From the NCBI GenBank assembly GCA_964592525.1, contig CAZQFB010000001.1:1212-65211 (forward strand): a stretch of DNA of 64,000 bases, written 5' to 3'. Origin of the DNA: an uncultured Candidatus Saccharibacteria bacterium (lineage in GTDB: Bacteria > Patescibacteriota > WWE3 > CAZQFB01). Of the stretch, positions 1 through 8,423 are shown piece after piece; the first letter of the stretch is position 1; each line of letters opens with the position of its first letter. Position numbers and translations under genes: made by a program. The notes under the pieces are model-generated. The model saw only the letters and a program-made list of their open reading frames with translations, was not told the DNA's origin and did no database searches.

Positions 1-193
1 TGGCGGCGCATTTCGCAAAGCGAAATACGAAATTCGGCGGCGGCGAAAGCGAGGGCGGGGCGGGCATTCATTTCCCCCCAACCCCCTTTTCTGCCCGCCC
101 CGCCCGAGCGTTCTGTTTTGGTTTCTGCCGCGCTTTGCGCGGCAATCAATCGGGATTTTGTTCAAAAAAGGTTCGCGCTTCGTTCAGTAATTG

Positions 194-351
194 CGACCAA
201 TCTAAACATTGCGAATTTTGCGGGCAGTTTGTTGGCTCGCTCGCCCCGCCTGCGGCGGGGCTTCGCTCGCATTTTTCCATATATTTCGGCACAAAATCAA
301 ACGGACGGACAAAATCAAAAATCAGTTTTCTGTCCAGTAGGCGGCGGTTCG
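194..351 (-). repeat. Left copy of a perfect 158-bp inverted repeat
   Basis: Reverse complement of 194-351 matches 1903-2060 base for base; the ORF track shows the same peptide (NRRLLDRK...CLDWS) in 146..517(-) and 534..2066(+). Confidence 0.97.
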
Positions 352-533
352 GGGCGGCAAAGCCGCCAGAGCAAAAACACACCTTTAAGAAATTTATTGA
401 AATGTTTTTGCTTTCCAATTTTTTCCGCGTGCCGCAAAGCGGCACTACGAAGCCAGTTTTTAAATCCCGCGCTTTTTCCGCCGAAGGCGGAATGGCCAAA
501 GGCGACTTTATTAACATTAAGAAGTAAAAACCT

Positions 534-2066
534 ATGAAGACAAAATATTTTCTCTACGCCCGCAAATCAACCGAAGATGAAGAAAGACAAGTGATGAGTA
601 TTGAAGCACAACTTGCGGAGTTGGCGGACTTTGCTAAAAGAGAAAGCCTTGATATTGCCGAGCAATTTATTGAAAGCAAAAGCGCAAAGAAGCCGGGCCG
701 AGAAATTTTTAACGAGATGATACAGAAAATCTACGAGAGTAAAGAGCTAGTAGGAATTTTGGCGTGGCACCCTGACAGATTGGCGAGAAACAGCGTTGAC
801 GGTGGGCAAGTGATTTACTTGATAGACATCGGCAAGATCGCTTCTTTGCGCTTTCCGACATTTTGGTTTGAGCCAACTCCGCAAGGGCTTTTTATGCTTC
901 AAGTCGCCTTTGGCCAATCAAAATATTATTCCGACAATTTGTCGGAAAATGTTAAGCGCGGGATTCGCCAAAAACTCAGGCGCGGCGAATGGCCCGGCCT
1001 TGCGCCGTTTGGTTATGTGAATAATCCGAAAACGCGAACGATTGAGCCAGACCAAATGAAAGCAAGGGTTATCAAAAAAGCGTTTGAGGAATACGCGCAA
1101 GGCCGCCACACCTTGCTTTCACTCGGCGAACGCCTGAGTTTTTGGGGCGTGGTGAGCGGGACCGGAAAACCGCTTTGCAAAGCAACCCTGCAACGAATGC
1201 TGACAAATAAAGTTTATCTCGGCTTAATCGTCCATAATGGTGAAACTTACGAGGGCGGTTTTCCGGCAATTGTTTCCAGAGCGACTTTTGAGAAAGTACA
1301 GGAAGTTTTGAAAAACCGAGCCAAGCCGCGCCATTCCAAAAAGCGACATTATTTTCCATTCACCGGACTTTTAACTTGCGGCGAATGCGGCGCGGCTATT
1401 ACCGCCCAATGGACGCACGGCAACGGCGGGACTTACCGCTATTATCGTTGTACCAAGCGGCTTGGCTCGTGTTCGCAAAGATATTTGAGAGAGGATTTGC
1501 TGGTTGAGCAGTTGAAAGACAAAATCTCAAAAGTCGCTCTTTGCGAAGACTGGAAAGAAAAAATGCTGGCAAAAGTGGAAATGTGGGAAAAGGAAAATAT
1601 CCAGTCTTCGCAATCTTTCGCCCAAAATCTGGAAAAGGAAATCAAGGAAACCGAGCAAAAATTAGACAAGCTCGTTAACGCCTTTTTGGACGGAAGTATT
1701 GAAAAAGAAACTTACCTTGCCAAAAAGGACGAACTCATTAAAACAAAAACAGACCTTAACAAAAGAAAGGCTGATTTTGGGCGAAAGGGAAACAATTGGA
1801 TTGAACCATTGAAAGATTGGATTTTATCCGCTCACCACGCCGAAAAACTGGCTTCGTCAAACGATTTTGATGAAATCAAATCGTTTGCGGAAAAAATTGG
1901 AACGAACCGCCGCCTACTGGACAGAAAACTGATTTTTGATTTTGTCCGTCCGTTTGATTTTGTGCCGAAATATATGGAAAAATGCGAGCGAAGCCCCGCC
2001 GCAGGCGGGGCGAGCGAGCCAACAAACTGCCCGCAAAATTCGCAATGTTTAGATTGGTCGGGGTGA
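534..2066 (+). CDS. Large serine recombinase/integrase (resolvase, recombinase, zinc-ribbon and coiled-coil domains)
   Basis: YARKS catalytic motif, DRLARN, S-x-x-V-K-R-G, PFGY, CGECG...YYRC...C zinc ribbon; stop codon lies inside the antisense tRNA. Confidence 0.95.
   Translation: MKTKYFLYARKSTEDEERQVMSIEAQLAELADFAKRESLDIAEQFIESKSAKKPGREIFNEMIQKIYESKELVGILAWHPDRLARNSVDGGQVIYLIDIGKIASLRFPTFWFEPTPQGLFMLQVAFGQSKYYSDNLSENVKRGIRQKLRRGEWPGLAPFGYVNNPKTRTIEPDQMKARVIKKAFEEYAQGRHTLLSLGERLSFWGVVSGTGKPLCKATLQRMLTNKVYLGLIVHNGETYEGGFPAIVSRATFEKVQEVLKNRAKPRHSKKRHYFPFTGLLTCGECGAAITAQWTHGNGGTYRYYRCTKRLGSCSQRYLREDLLVEQLKDKISKVALCEDWKEKMLAKVEMWEKENIQSSQSFAQNLEKEIKETEQKLDKLVNAFLDGSIEKETYLAKKDELIKTKTDLNKRKADFGRKGNNWIEPLKDWILSAHHAEKLASSNDFDEIKSFAEKIGTNRRLLDRKLIFDFVRPFDFVPKYMEKCERSPAAGGASEPTNCPQNSQCLDWSG
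1903..2060 (+). repeat. Right copy of the 158-bp inverted repeat; overlaps the recombinase 3' end and the last 6 nt of tRNA-Pro
   Basis: cgaaccgccgcc...agattggtcg; identity ends at 2060, inside the tRNA acceptor stem. Confidence 0.97.
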
Positions 2067-2130
2067 CAGGATTCGAACCTGCGACCTCACGCACCCCATG
2101 CGCGCGCGCTGCCAACTGCGCCACACCCCG
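2055..2130 (-). tRNA. tRNA-Pro(GGG)
   Basis: Minus strand CGGGGTG TGGCGCAGTTGGCAGCGCG CGCGC ATGGGGT GCGTG AGGTC GCAGG TTCGAAT CCTGT CACCCCG A CCA; cloverleaf with encoded CCA. Confidence 0.97.
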
Positions 2131-2318
2131 TCTGTTAACTCCTTTAGACTGCCTTTTCGGGTAAGCCCCATACCACAAGATAAGTAGTAAAGGAGAGCGA
2201 CCAACCGCTAAAACCGTACCTTCAATTGTTTCCTTTGAGGTTAATATTGAAGGGTCACACCCCAAAATTCCTTTAGATTTTAATGTTTTTATAGTGCTGT
2301 AGCAAGTGTGATATAGAA

Positions 2319-4382
2319 TTATTCAGGACAGCAGATCCTCTCTCGGGCAATTTCTTCCCACTCCTCTCTATAATAGGCGATTCTTCCAAATTTAGTTGCG
2401 CGATATGTTCTGTAAGTGGGGTAGAGCACCTTACTACTGTCTTCACAGCTAATTCGAGCTTGCCTATAGACGCCACCCATGATTGGGTCAAACGGCAGTA
2501 CGGTGTAAGCACAAGTCGTTTCACAATCCGCGTTTTCTGTGCAAAGATCTGGAGCATCAAGGGTATCTGGTCTTATCTCACAAGTGTTGTCCGGTGTGCA
2601 ATACCTTTGGTAACAGTCCGCATCAAACTTGCAGTCATCGGCTTTATTTCCAGGAACATTCACACAGGTCATATCGACACAAGTTTTGTATTCTGTCAGT
2701 GGCGGTATATAACCTTCAGAATCAAAAGCGCCGGTATGCCTCTCATCATGCAGATGTTGAGGCCAGTCTAGGTATCCCATGGCTAATTCCAGTGAATAAG
2801 CATGTAAAGTCGATGTTTTTCTGTCTAGGTAAGATAAAAAGACTAAGTCGGTCAGACCATCTTGGTTTATATCAGCAATAGCAGCGTGATGCACGATGGT
2901 TTCATTTGCGTCGGTTTGTTTCAGAGTAGGTATTGGTGGATAGACATCTTCTCTAATTGTTTTACCCTCTACTCTGTAGAAATGATAGGCCGGTTCGTTA
3001 TCTGAATTACCATACTTAATAAACTCTTTGTAACCATCACTGTCTATATCTCCTATTACAGTATCCGCAATCCCAGTTTCATAGAATAAGTTGCCTGTTA
3101 TATTAGCAGGATTATTAGGTAGAATAGATATCTCAACTTCTGCACTAGGAGCTCTTCTAAAAGAATTATTCCCACTGGCAACTATAGTGCCCTGTGCATC
3201 GATAATTCTTAGGTTGTTTTCACTATCAATTAAAATTTCTGCTTGACCATCATTATTGAAGTCTGCTACCGACAAATAGACTCTTTTACTTGTGCCTGTA
3301 GCGTAATCTGTGATTTTTGTTCCATCTACTTTATATGCTTGCACATAAACTTCGGAGGAGGTGGTTTCTCTGGTGTCAGTGATAATTTCAAGATTAGAGT
3401 CATCATCAATATTTGCCAGGAGAACATTACCCTTTGTGTGGTTAGTTATTATCTTTGGCCATCCGGGCAAGTAGCCAGAGCCACTTTTGTAGACATAGAT
3501 TGCTCCATACATACCTCCTGTTCCTAGCCGAGTGCCTCGGTTTGCTGGCCAACCGTTGGAAATTACTACCTCTTTATCCACGCCTCCATCTAAGTCTCCT
3601 GCCAGAATATTCGGTGTTTCAGGAAGCGTGTTGTCGATTGATTGGTACATGAGTGAAACGTCATCGTCTGTAACAGTGTTTAGTTTATTGGTTAGTATCT
3701 CGAAGCTGGGGTAGCCTCTGCTTCGACCCCAATCCCACAAGGAGTTGAAAATTATACATTCGTATTCGTTGTTACCATCTAAATCTTCAACCACTAGATT
3801 TTGATTTAATCTAGCAGCACCGAGTGAGCGTTGGTACTGGTTCTCATAGCCTTGGTTATAAAGATGTATCTTTCCCCAATCACTATAGTTAGAGTATTCA
3901 CCATATGCTATATATTTCTCACAATCCTGACAGGAAGCATTGGAGGGGGCTATGGCTGGTAATTCTATATTTTCAATTCTCGCAGCAGCGCCTTGGCTGG
4001 TTGCGCGCTCCCTTTCCAGCTCCTTTATCAAGTAACCCTCGTGGTTAACAACCTGAACGCGATTTGATGTAGCTACAACCACTTCAAGTTCGGGTGTGTT
4101 ATCCACATTACCTACTACAGGTACTAAAGGCTCAGCTTCCTCACTGTTCAGGGAGATGTTAAAGATGCTTTTGTAAGGTAAACCTGTCGGAGAAGCATCA
4201 TCGCTGATACTGCCAGAAGGTACCTCTGCTGCTCGGTTTACATATTGTTGTGTGGAGCGGAGGAACACTAAAGAGAAGGGTAGGGCAAAGAGCACGATAA
4301 AAAGAATTAGCAAACGGTTATAGTTTTTTAAAAAAGCTACAACCTTGGCAGGTGCGTTCATAACAAGCTTAATTATAAACAT
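2319..4382 (-). CDS. Membrane-anchored surface protein with FG-GAP/VCBS-type repeats and a Cys-rich C-terminus
   Basis: N-terminal TM helix followed by Q..RAA; repeated D-x-D-G/N-D-G-x-x-E/D loops (DLDGNNEYE, DFNNDGQAE, DIDSDGYKE, DINQDGLTD); WPQ..HD.RHTG motif. Confidence 0.8.
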   Translation of the reverse strand: MFIIKLVMNAPAKVVAFLKNYNRLLILFIVLFALPFSLVFLRSTQQYVNRAAEVPSGSISDDASPTGLPYKSIFNISLNSEEAEPLVPVVGNVDNTPELEVVVATSNRVQVVNHEGYLIKELERERATSQGAAARIENIELPAIAPSNASCQDCEKYIAYGEYSNYSDWGKIHLYNQGYENQYQRSLGAARLNQNLVVEDLDGNNEYECIIFNSLWDWGRSRGYPSFEILTNKLNTVTDDDVSLMYQSIDNTLPETPNILAGDLDGGVDKEVVISNGWPANRGTRLGTGGMYGAIYVYKSGSGYLPGWPKIITNHTKGNVLLANIDDDSNLEIITDTRETTSSEVYVQAYKVDGTKITDYATGTSKRVYLSVADFNNDGQAEILIDSENNLRIIDAQGTIVASGNNSFRRAPSAEVEISILPNNPANITGNLFYETGIADTVIGDIDSDGYKEFIKYGNSDNEPAYHFYRVEGKTIREDVYPPIPTLKQTDANETIVHHAAIADINQDGLTDLVFLSYLDRKTSTLHAYSLELAMGYLDWPQHLHDERHTGAFDSEGYIPPLTEYKTCVDMTCVNVPGNKADDCKFDADCYQRYCTPDNTCEIRPDTLDAPDLCTENADCETTCAYTVLPFDPIMGGVYRQARISCEDSSKVLYPTYRTYRATKFGRIAYYREEWEEIARERICCPE

Positions 4383-4568
4383 ATTATTCCTCCTCCCTCA
4401 ACATTACGTGATAGCGATGTTAAAAGGACGTTTTTTACTGGTCATTATTTTAAGAGGGGAGTGTAAATAATGGTTTTAATCTGCTACAATTCATACACTA
4501 ATACTGGTAACAAGCGCTGTAGTTTAGTGTATTACCACGTACCTACTTGCCCAAGAAAGGTTATAACC

Positions 4569-5597
4569 ATGCCTAAAAACGAACCGACAGATACCCAAGG
4601 TGATCGCAAAAAAGCTGTGGAAATGGCTTTGGATCAAATTGAAAAACAGTATGGTAAAGGTTCCATTATGCGGATGGGTCAGGATTATATTAGGGAGGGG
4701 ATCAGGGTAATTCCAACTGGCTCATTGGCGCTTGATTTAGCCTTAGGTGTGGGGGGAGTCCCTCGCGGTAGGGTGATTGAGATTTACGGACCCGAATCTT
4801 CTGGCAAGAGCACTTTGGCATTGCACGTGGTGGCGGAAGCTCAAAAGCAGGGAGGAATAGCAGCCTTTATTGATGCCGAACATGCTCTAGACCCCCTTTA
4901 TGCGGAAAGAATTGGGGTTAAGGTGGATGATTTGCTCGTTTCTCAACCGGATACTGGTGAGCAGGCTTTAGAAATTGCTGAAACCTTAGTCCGCTCGGGT
5001 GGGGTGGATGTGTTGGTGATTGATTCGGTGGCGGCGTTGGTGCCTCGAGCTGAAATTGAGGGGGAAATGGGCGATGCTCATATTGGACTGCAAGCTCGCT
5101 TAATGTCCCAAGCACTTCGTAAACTCACTGCGGTGATAGGTCGTTCAGGTGCAACGGTAATTTTTCTTAATCAACTCCGAATGAAGATAGGGGTTATGTT
5201 TGGTAATCCCGAAACTACGGCTGGTGGAATGGCGCTAAAATTTTATTCTTCCGTGCGTATGGATATTCGCGCCATCTCTAAAATCAAAGAAGGTGATGAG
5301 GAACTGGGTGGTCGGCGACGAGTAAAAGTGGTTAAGAACAAAGTAGCACCTCCTTTTCGTATTGCTGAATTTGATCTTATGTACAATGAGGGTATTTCCA
5401 AAGAAGGTGAGATTGTGGATCTGGGTGTAGAGTTTGAAGTTTTGCAGAAAAGTGGTTCTTGGTACCAACACGGCGAGCAGAAATTGGGTCAGGGTCGCGA
5501 AGCAGTAAAAGCTCTCTTGCGTGAGGATCATAAATTGGCTAAGGAACTAACTGAAAAAATAAAAGACAAGGTGCTTTCCCAACACGCGACTAATTAA
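4569..5597 (+). CDS. recA: Recombinase RecA
   Basis: [39 protein letters not shown]; start placed at ATG 4569 after SD gaaagg. Confidence 0.98.
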   Translation: MPKNEPTDTQGDRKKAVEMALDQIEKQYGKGSIMRMGQDYIREGIRVIPTGSLALDLALGVGGVPRGRVIEIYGPESSGKSTLALHVVAEAQKQGGIAAFIDAEHALDPLYAERIGVKVDDLLVSQPDTGEQALEIAETLVRSGGVDVLVIDSVAALVPRAEIEGEMGDAHIGLQARLMSQALRKLTAVIGRSGATVIFLNQLRMKIGVMFGNPETTAGGMALKFYSSVRMDIRAISKIKEGDEELGGRRRVKVVKNKVAPPFRIAEFDLMYNEGISKEGEIVDLGVEFEVLQKSGSWYQHGEQKLGQGREAVKALLREDHKLAKELTEKIKDKVLSQHATN

Positions 5598-5598
5598 C

Positions 5599-6213
5599 AT
5601 GCCCCAAATTACCGCCATCAAACCGCAGACAAAAGCCGGTTATTTTAATGTCTTTATTGCTGGTGAGTATGCTTTTTCTCTAGATGAAGTTGGTCTTTTA
5701 AGTTCAGGTATCAGTAAAGGAGATGAGTTGAGTGCTGCTGCCATAACTAAATTAAAGAAACTAGCTGCGCAGACTAAATTATTTAATTCCTTATTGCGCT
5801 ACGTGGGGTTAAGACCAAGAAGCCAGAAAGAAATAGAAGACTACCTTCAGTATCGTAAAAAAGTTAGTGCTACTACAACTAAAGCACTCGTAGCCAAATT
5901 AACTAAGCTTGGTTTAATTGATGACCGAGCTTTTACGAAGTGGTGGGTGGAACAACGAACCAACCAGAAAAAAGGAGAATATGTCATTATCAGGGAACTA
6001 GCTCTCAAAGGAATTAAGGAGAGGGATGTTCGGGAAATGTTTGGGGAGGTTGGCGGTGATGTGCTTACGGATATATCCTCATTAGTACGTAAGAAAAAGC
6101 AGCAGTTGCAGAGTTTACCCCGAAAAGAACAACATCAAAAATTAGCGGCTTTTCTGATGCGCAGAGGTTATCCCTGGGAGCAAATAAAGCAGGTTTTAGA
6201 GCAGGAGTTATAA
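5599..6213 (+). CDS. recX: Regulatory protein RecX
   Basis: RPRSQKEI...LIDDRAF...FLMRRGY pattern; directly after recA. Confidence 0.9.
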   Translation: MPQITAIKPQTKAGYFNVFIAGEYAFSLDEVGLLSSGISKGDELSAAAITKLKKLAAQTKLFNSLLRYVGLRPRSQKEIEDYLQYRKKVSATTTKALVAKLTKLGLIDDRAFTKWWVEQRTNQKKGEYVIIRELALKGIKERDVREMFGEVGGDVLTDISSLVRKKKQQLQSLPRKEQHQKLAAFLMRRGYPWEQIKQVLEQEL

Positions 6214-6256
6214 GCTATTATGGCTTTATTTACGCGGATCTGCCGCAAAGGGGTAA

Positions 6257-6285
6257 TTGACAAGAGAGTTATGTCGTGCTATAAA
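6257..6285 (+). promoter_or_regulatory. Sigma70-type promoter of greA
   Basis: TTGACA-N17-TATAAA with extended -10 TG. Confidence 0.75.
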
Positions 6286-6336
6286 TCATTGGTGTCAAAA
6301 TGACACCAAGCGAGACATAGTGCTTCAGCTTATGAG

Positions 6337-6366
6337 TCCCCTAATGAGGGGGTTTTATTTTTTATT
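6337..6366 (+). terminator. Terminator-like hairpin in the greA leader
   Basis: tcccct-aatg-aggggg followed by a T-rich run, between promoter and start codon. Confidence 0.55.
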
Positions 6367-6383
6367 AACACACCTTAAAGAAG

Positions 6384-6854
6384 ATGATAGATAAACAAGC
6401 ACGTATCCTTCTGACCAAGGAAGGTTACCAAAAGCTTAAAGATGAGTACCAAAATTTAGTTGGCGTGAAAAGATCAGAAGTAGCTGAAAAAATTCAGTCT
6501 GCTCGAGAAATGGGTGATTTATCAGAGAATGCAGCCTACCATACGGCAAAAGAAGAACATGCTTATATTGAAGGTCGCATAGCCGAACTTGAAGATATTT
6601 TTCGGAGTGCCGATGTCGTTTCGGGTAAATGTAAGAAAGGTGAAATTGGCATTGGCTCTAAGGTTCATGTTCATATTGAAGGCAGTGATGAAGTTTTTTG
6701 GATTGTGGGCGCACACGAAGCTGATCCGGCTAAGGGTAAAATTTCCCATGAATCACCTATTGGTCAATCTTTGATTGGTCGTAAAGTTGGTGACGAGATT
6801 GAAGTTGAGGCTCCGGTGGGTAAATTGATTTATAAAATCAATAAGGTTGAATAA
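6384..6854 (+). CDS. greA: Transcription elongation factor GreA
   Basis: GDLSENAAYHTAKE, ISHESPIGQSLIG. Confidence 0.96.
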   Translation: MIDKQARILLTKEGYQKLKDEYQNLVGVKRSEVAEKIQSAREMGDLSENAAYHTAKEEHAYIEGRIAELEDIFRSADVVSGKCKKGEIGIGSKVHVHIEGSDEVFWIVGAHEADPAKGKISHESPIGQSLIGRKVGDEIEVEAPVGKLIYKINKVE

Positions 6855-6920
6855 GATAAAGTTACGCTCCTTGTACTTACTAACTGGTCGAGGTCTTATG
6901 TCTTCGTTATACTAAAGGCT

Positions 6921-8423
6921 ATGACCACGTTGGAAGAACTCCGTAAGGAAAGATTACAAAAATTAGCCCAGCTTCGTGAAAAAGGTATTGATCCCTATCC
7001 AGCGGAAGCAACGCGGACACATCCTTTAGCTGAAATATCCAGAAGTTATCAAGATTTGGAAAATAAAACGGTCACGGTGTGTGGTCGGATTACAGCCATC
7101 CGTACTCACGGTCAGTTATTGTTTATGGACCTTAAGGACGCGTCAGGCACCCTCCAGCTTTACCTTAAGGCTGATAATTTGGTACCACCTGATTATGCTC
7201 TATCCCAATTGGGATTTGCAGACCTTCATTTGTTAGATCGGGGGGATTTTGTTGAAAGTACCGGTTCAGTAACCCGGACCAAAACCGGAGAAATTTCGTT
7301 AGCAGTTACTAGTATTAAAATACTAACTAAGTCACTGCGACCCCTACCTAATAATTGGCACGGTTTGAAGGATACCGAAACAAGGCTCCGCCGTCGTTAT
7401 CTGGATCTGAACGTAAATGAGGATGTTTACCAGCGGTTTATTCGCCGGAGCCGGTTTTGGCAGGCGCACCGTCAGTTTTTTCAGGAGAGGGGGTTTTGGG
7501 AAATTAATATTCCCGTGTTAGAGCACATTCCTGGTGGGGCGGATGCTACTCCTTTTGTTACTCATATGGCGGCGCTTGACCAAGATTTCTATCTCCGTAT
7601 TTCACAAGAACTTTATTTGAAAAGATTAATTGGGGGTGGTTACGAAAAAGTATATGAGATTGGACCCCGTTTTCGTAATGAAGGTATTTCCGAAGAACAC
7701 CTCCCCGAGCATATAGCAATGGAATTTTATTCTGCTTATACTTCCATGACGGAAGGTATCCACATCATTAAAGATTTATTTCAGCAAATTATTGCGACCG
7801 TTTACGACGATCGTCGGCAGTTTACTATCCGTGGTGTTGCCGTTGATTTTGGCAAAGAGTGGGAAATGATTGACTATACGCAAAAAATGAAAGAAGTCTA
7901 TGGTATTGATATCTTAGATACCTCTTTAAAACAAGTCCACCCAGTGCTTGAGAAACAGGACATAAAGGTGGAGCAGCAGGAATCGTTGCCCCGTTGTATT
8001 GATAAATTGTTCAAAGAGTTGCGGAAGGAGATTGTGGGACCGGCTTTTGTGATTAATATCCCCAAGTTTTTAAGTCCTTTAGCAAAAGCATCTCCAGCCG
8101 ATGTTCGGTTAACGCAGCGATTTCAGCCAGTGATTGCTGGTTCTGAACTAGGAAATGGTTTTAGTGAGCTGAACGACCCTCTTGATCAGTTGGTGCGGTT
8201 TAAAGAGCAACAAAGTTTGCGTGATTCGGGGGATACAGAAGCCCAGTTTATGGATATTGATTTTGTAGAAATGCTAGAGTATGGCATGCCTCCCACTTTT
8301 GGTTATGGGCATAGCGAGAGGGTATTTTGGTTTCTGGAGGATATCCCAGCTCGTGAGGGGGTTCCTTTTCCCCAATTAAAAACTGATTTAGAAGAGGTGA
8401 CCAAAAGGATTTACGATTTATGA
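6921..8423 (+). CDS. lysS: Lysine--tRNA ligase (class II)
   Basis: R.RYLDL, GGADATPF, YLRISQELYLKRL, FRNEG, EYGMPPT. Confidence 0.96.
   Translation: MTTLEELRKERLQKLAQLREKGIDPYPAEATRTHPLAEISRSYQDLENKTVTVCGRITAIRTHGQLLFMDLKDASGTLQLYLKADNLVPPDYALSQLGFADLHLLDRGDFVESTGSVTRTKTGEISLAVTSIKILTKSLRPLPNNWHGLKDTETRLRRRYLDLNVNEDVYQRFIRRSRFWQAHRQFFQERGFWEINIPVLEHIPGGADATPFVTHMAALDQDFYLRISQELYLKRLIGGGYEKVYEIGPRFRNEGISEEHLPEHIAMEFYSAYTSMTEGIHIIKDLFQQIIATVYDDRRQFTIRGVAVDFGKEWEMIDYTQKMKEVYGIDILDTSLKQVHPVLEKQDIKVEQQESLPRCIDKLFKELRKEIVGPAFVINIPKFLSPLAKASPADVRLTQRFQPVIAGSELGNGFSELNDPLDQLVRFKEQQSLRDSGDTEAQFMDIDFVEMLEYGMPPTFGYGHSERVFWFLEDIPAREGVPFPQLKTDLEEVTKRIYDL

Larger units (their letters stand above)
1..2066 (+). 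mobile_element. Right end of a putative integrative element (large serine recombinase module) at the 3' end of tRNA-Pro; left boundary not visible in the window
   Basis: Recombinase gene runs into the tRNA 3' end; GC-richer, hairpin-rich sequence unlike the downstream host genes. Confidence 0.75.

Noticed and set aside
194-351. Inverted repeat as a simple amplification or assembly fold-back chimera
   Set aside because: A fold-back would keep matching on one side; here both ends diverge into unique sequence and one breakpoint sits at the tRNA 3' end with an in-frame tail. Not fully excluded without reads
118-537. ORFs 118..537(+), 135..527(+) and 146..517(-) as independent genes
   Set aside because: They cross GC-rich hairpins and the inverted repeat and show no family motifs; only the 146-351 part of the minus frame is meaningful, as an alternative recombinase C-terminus
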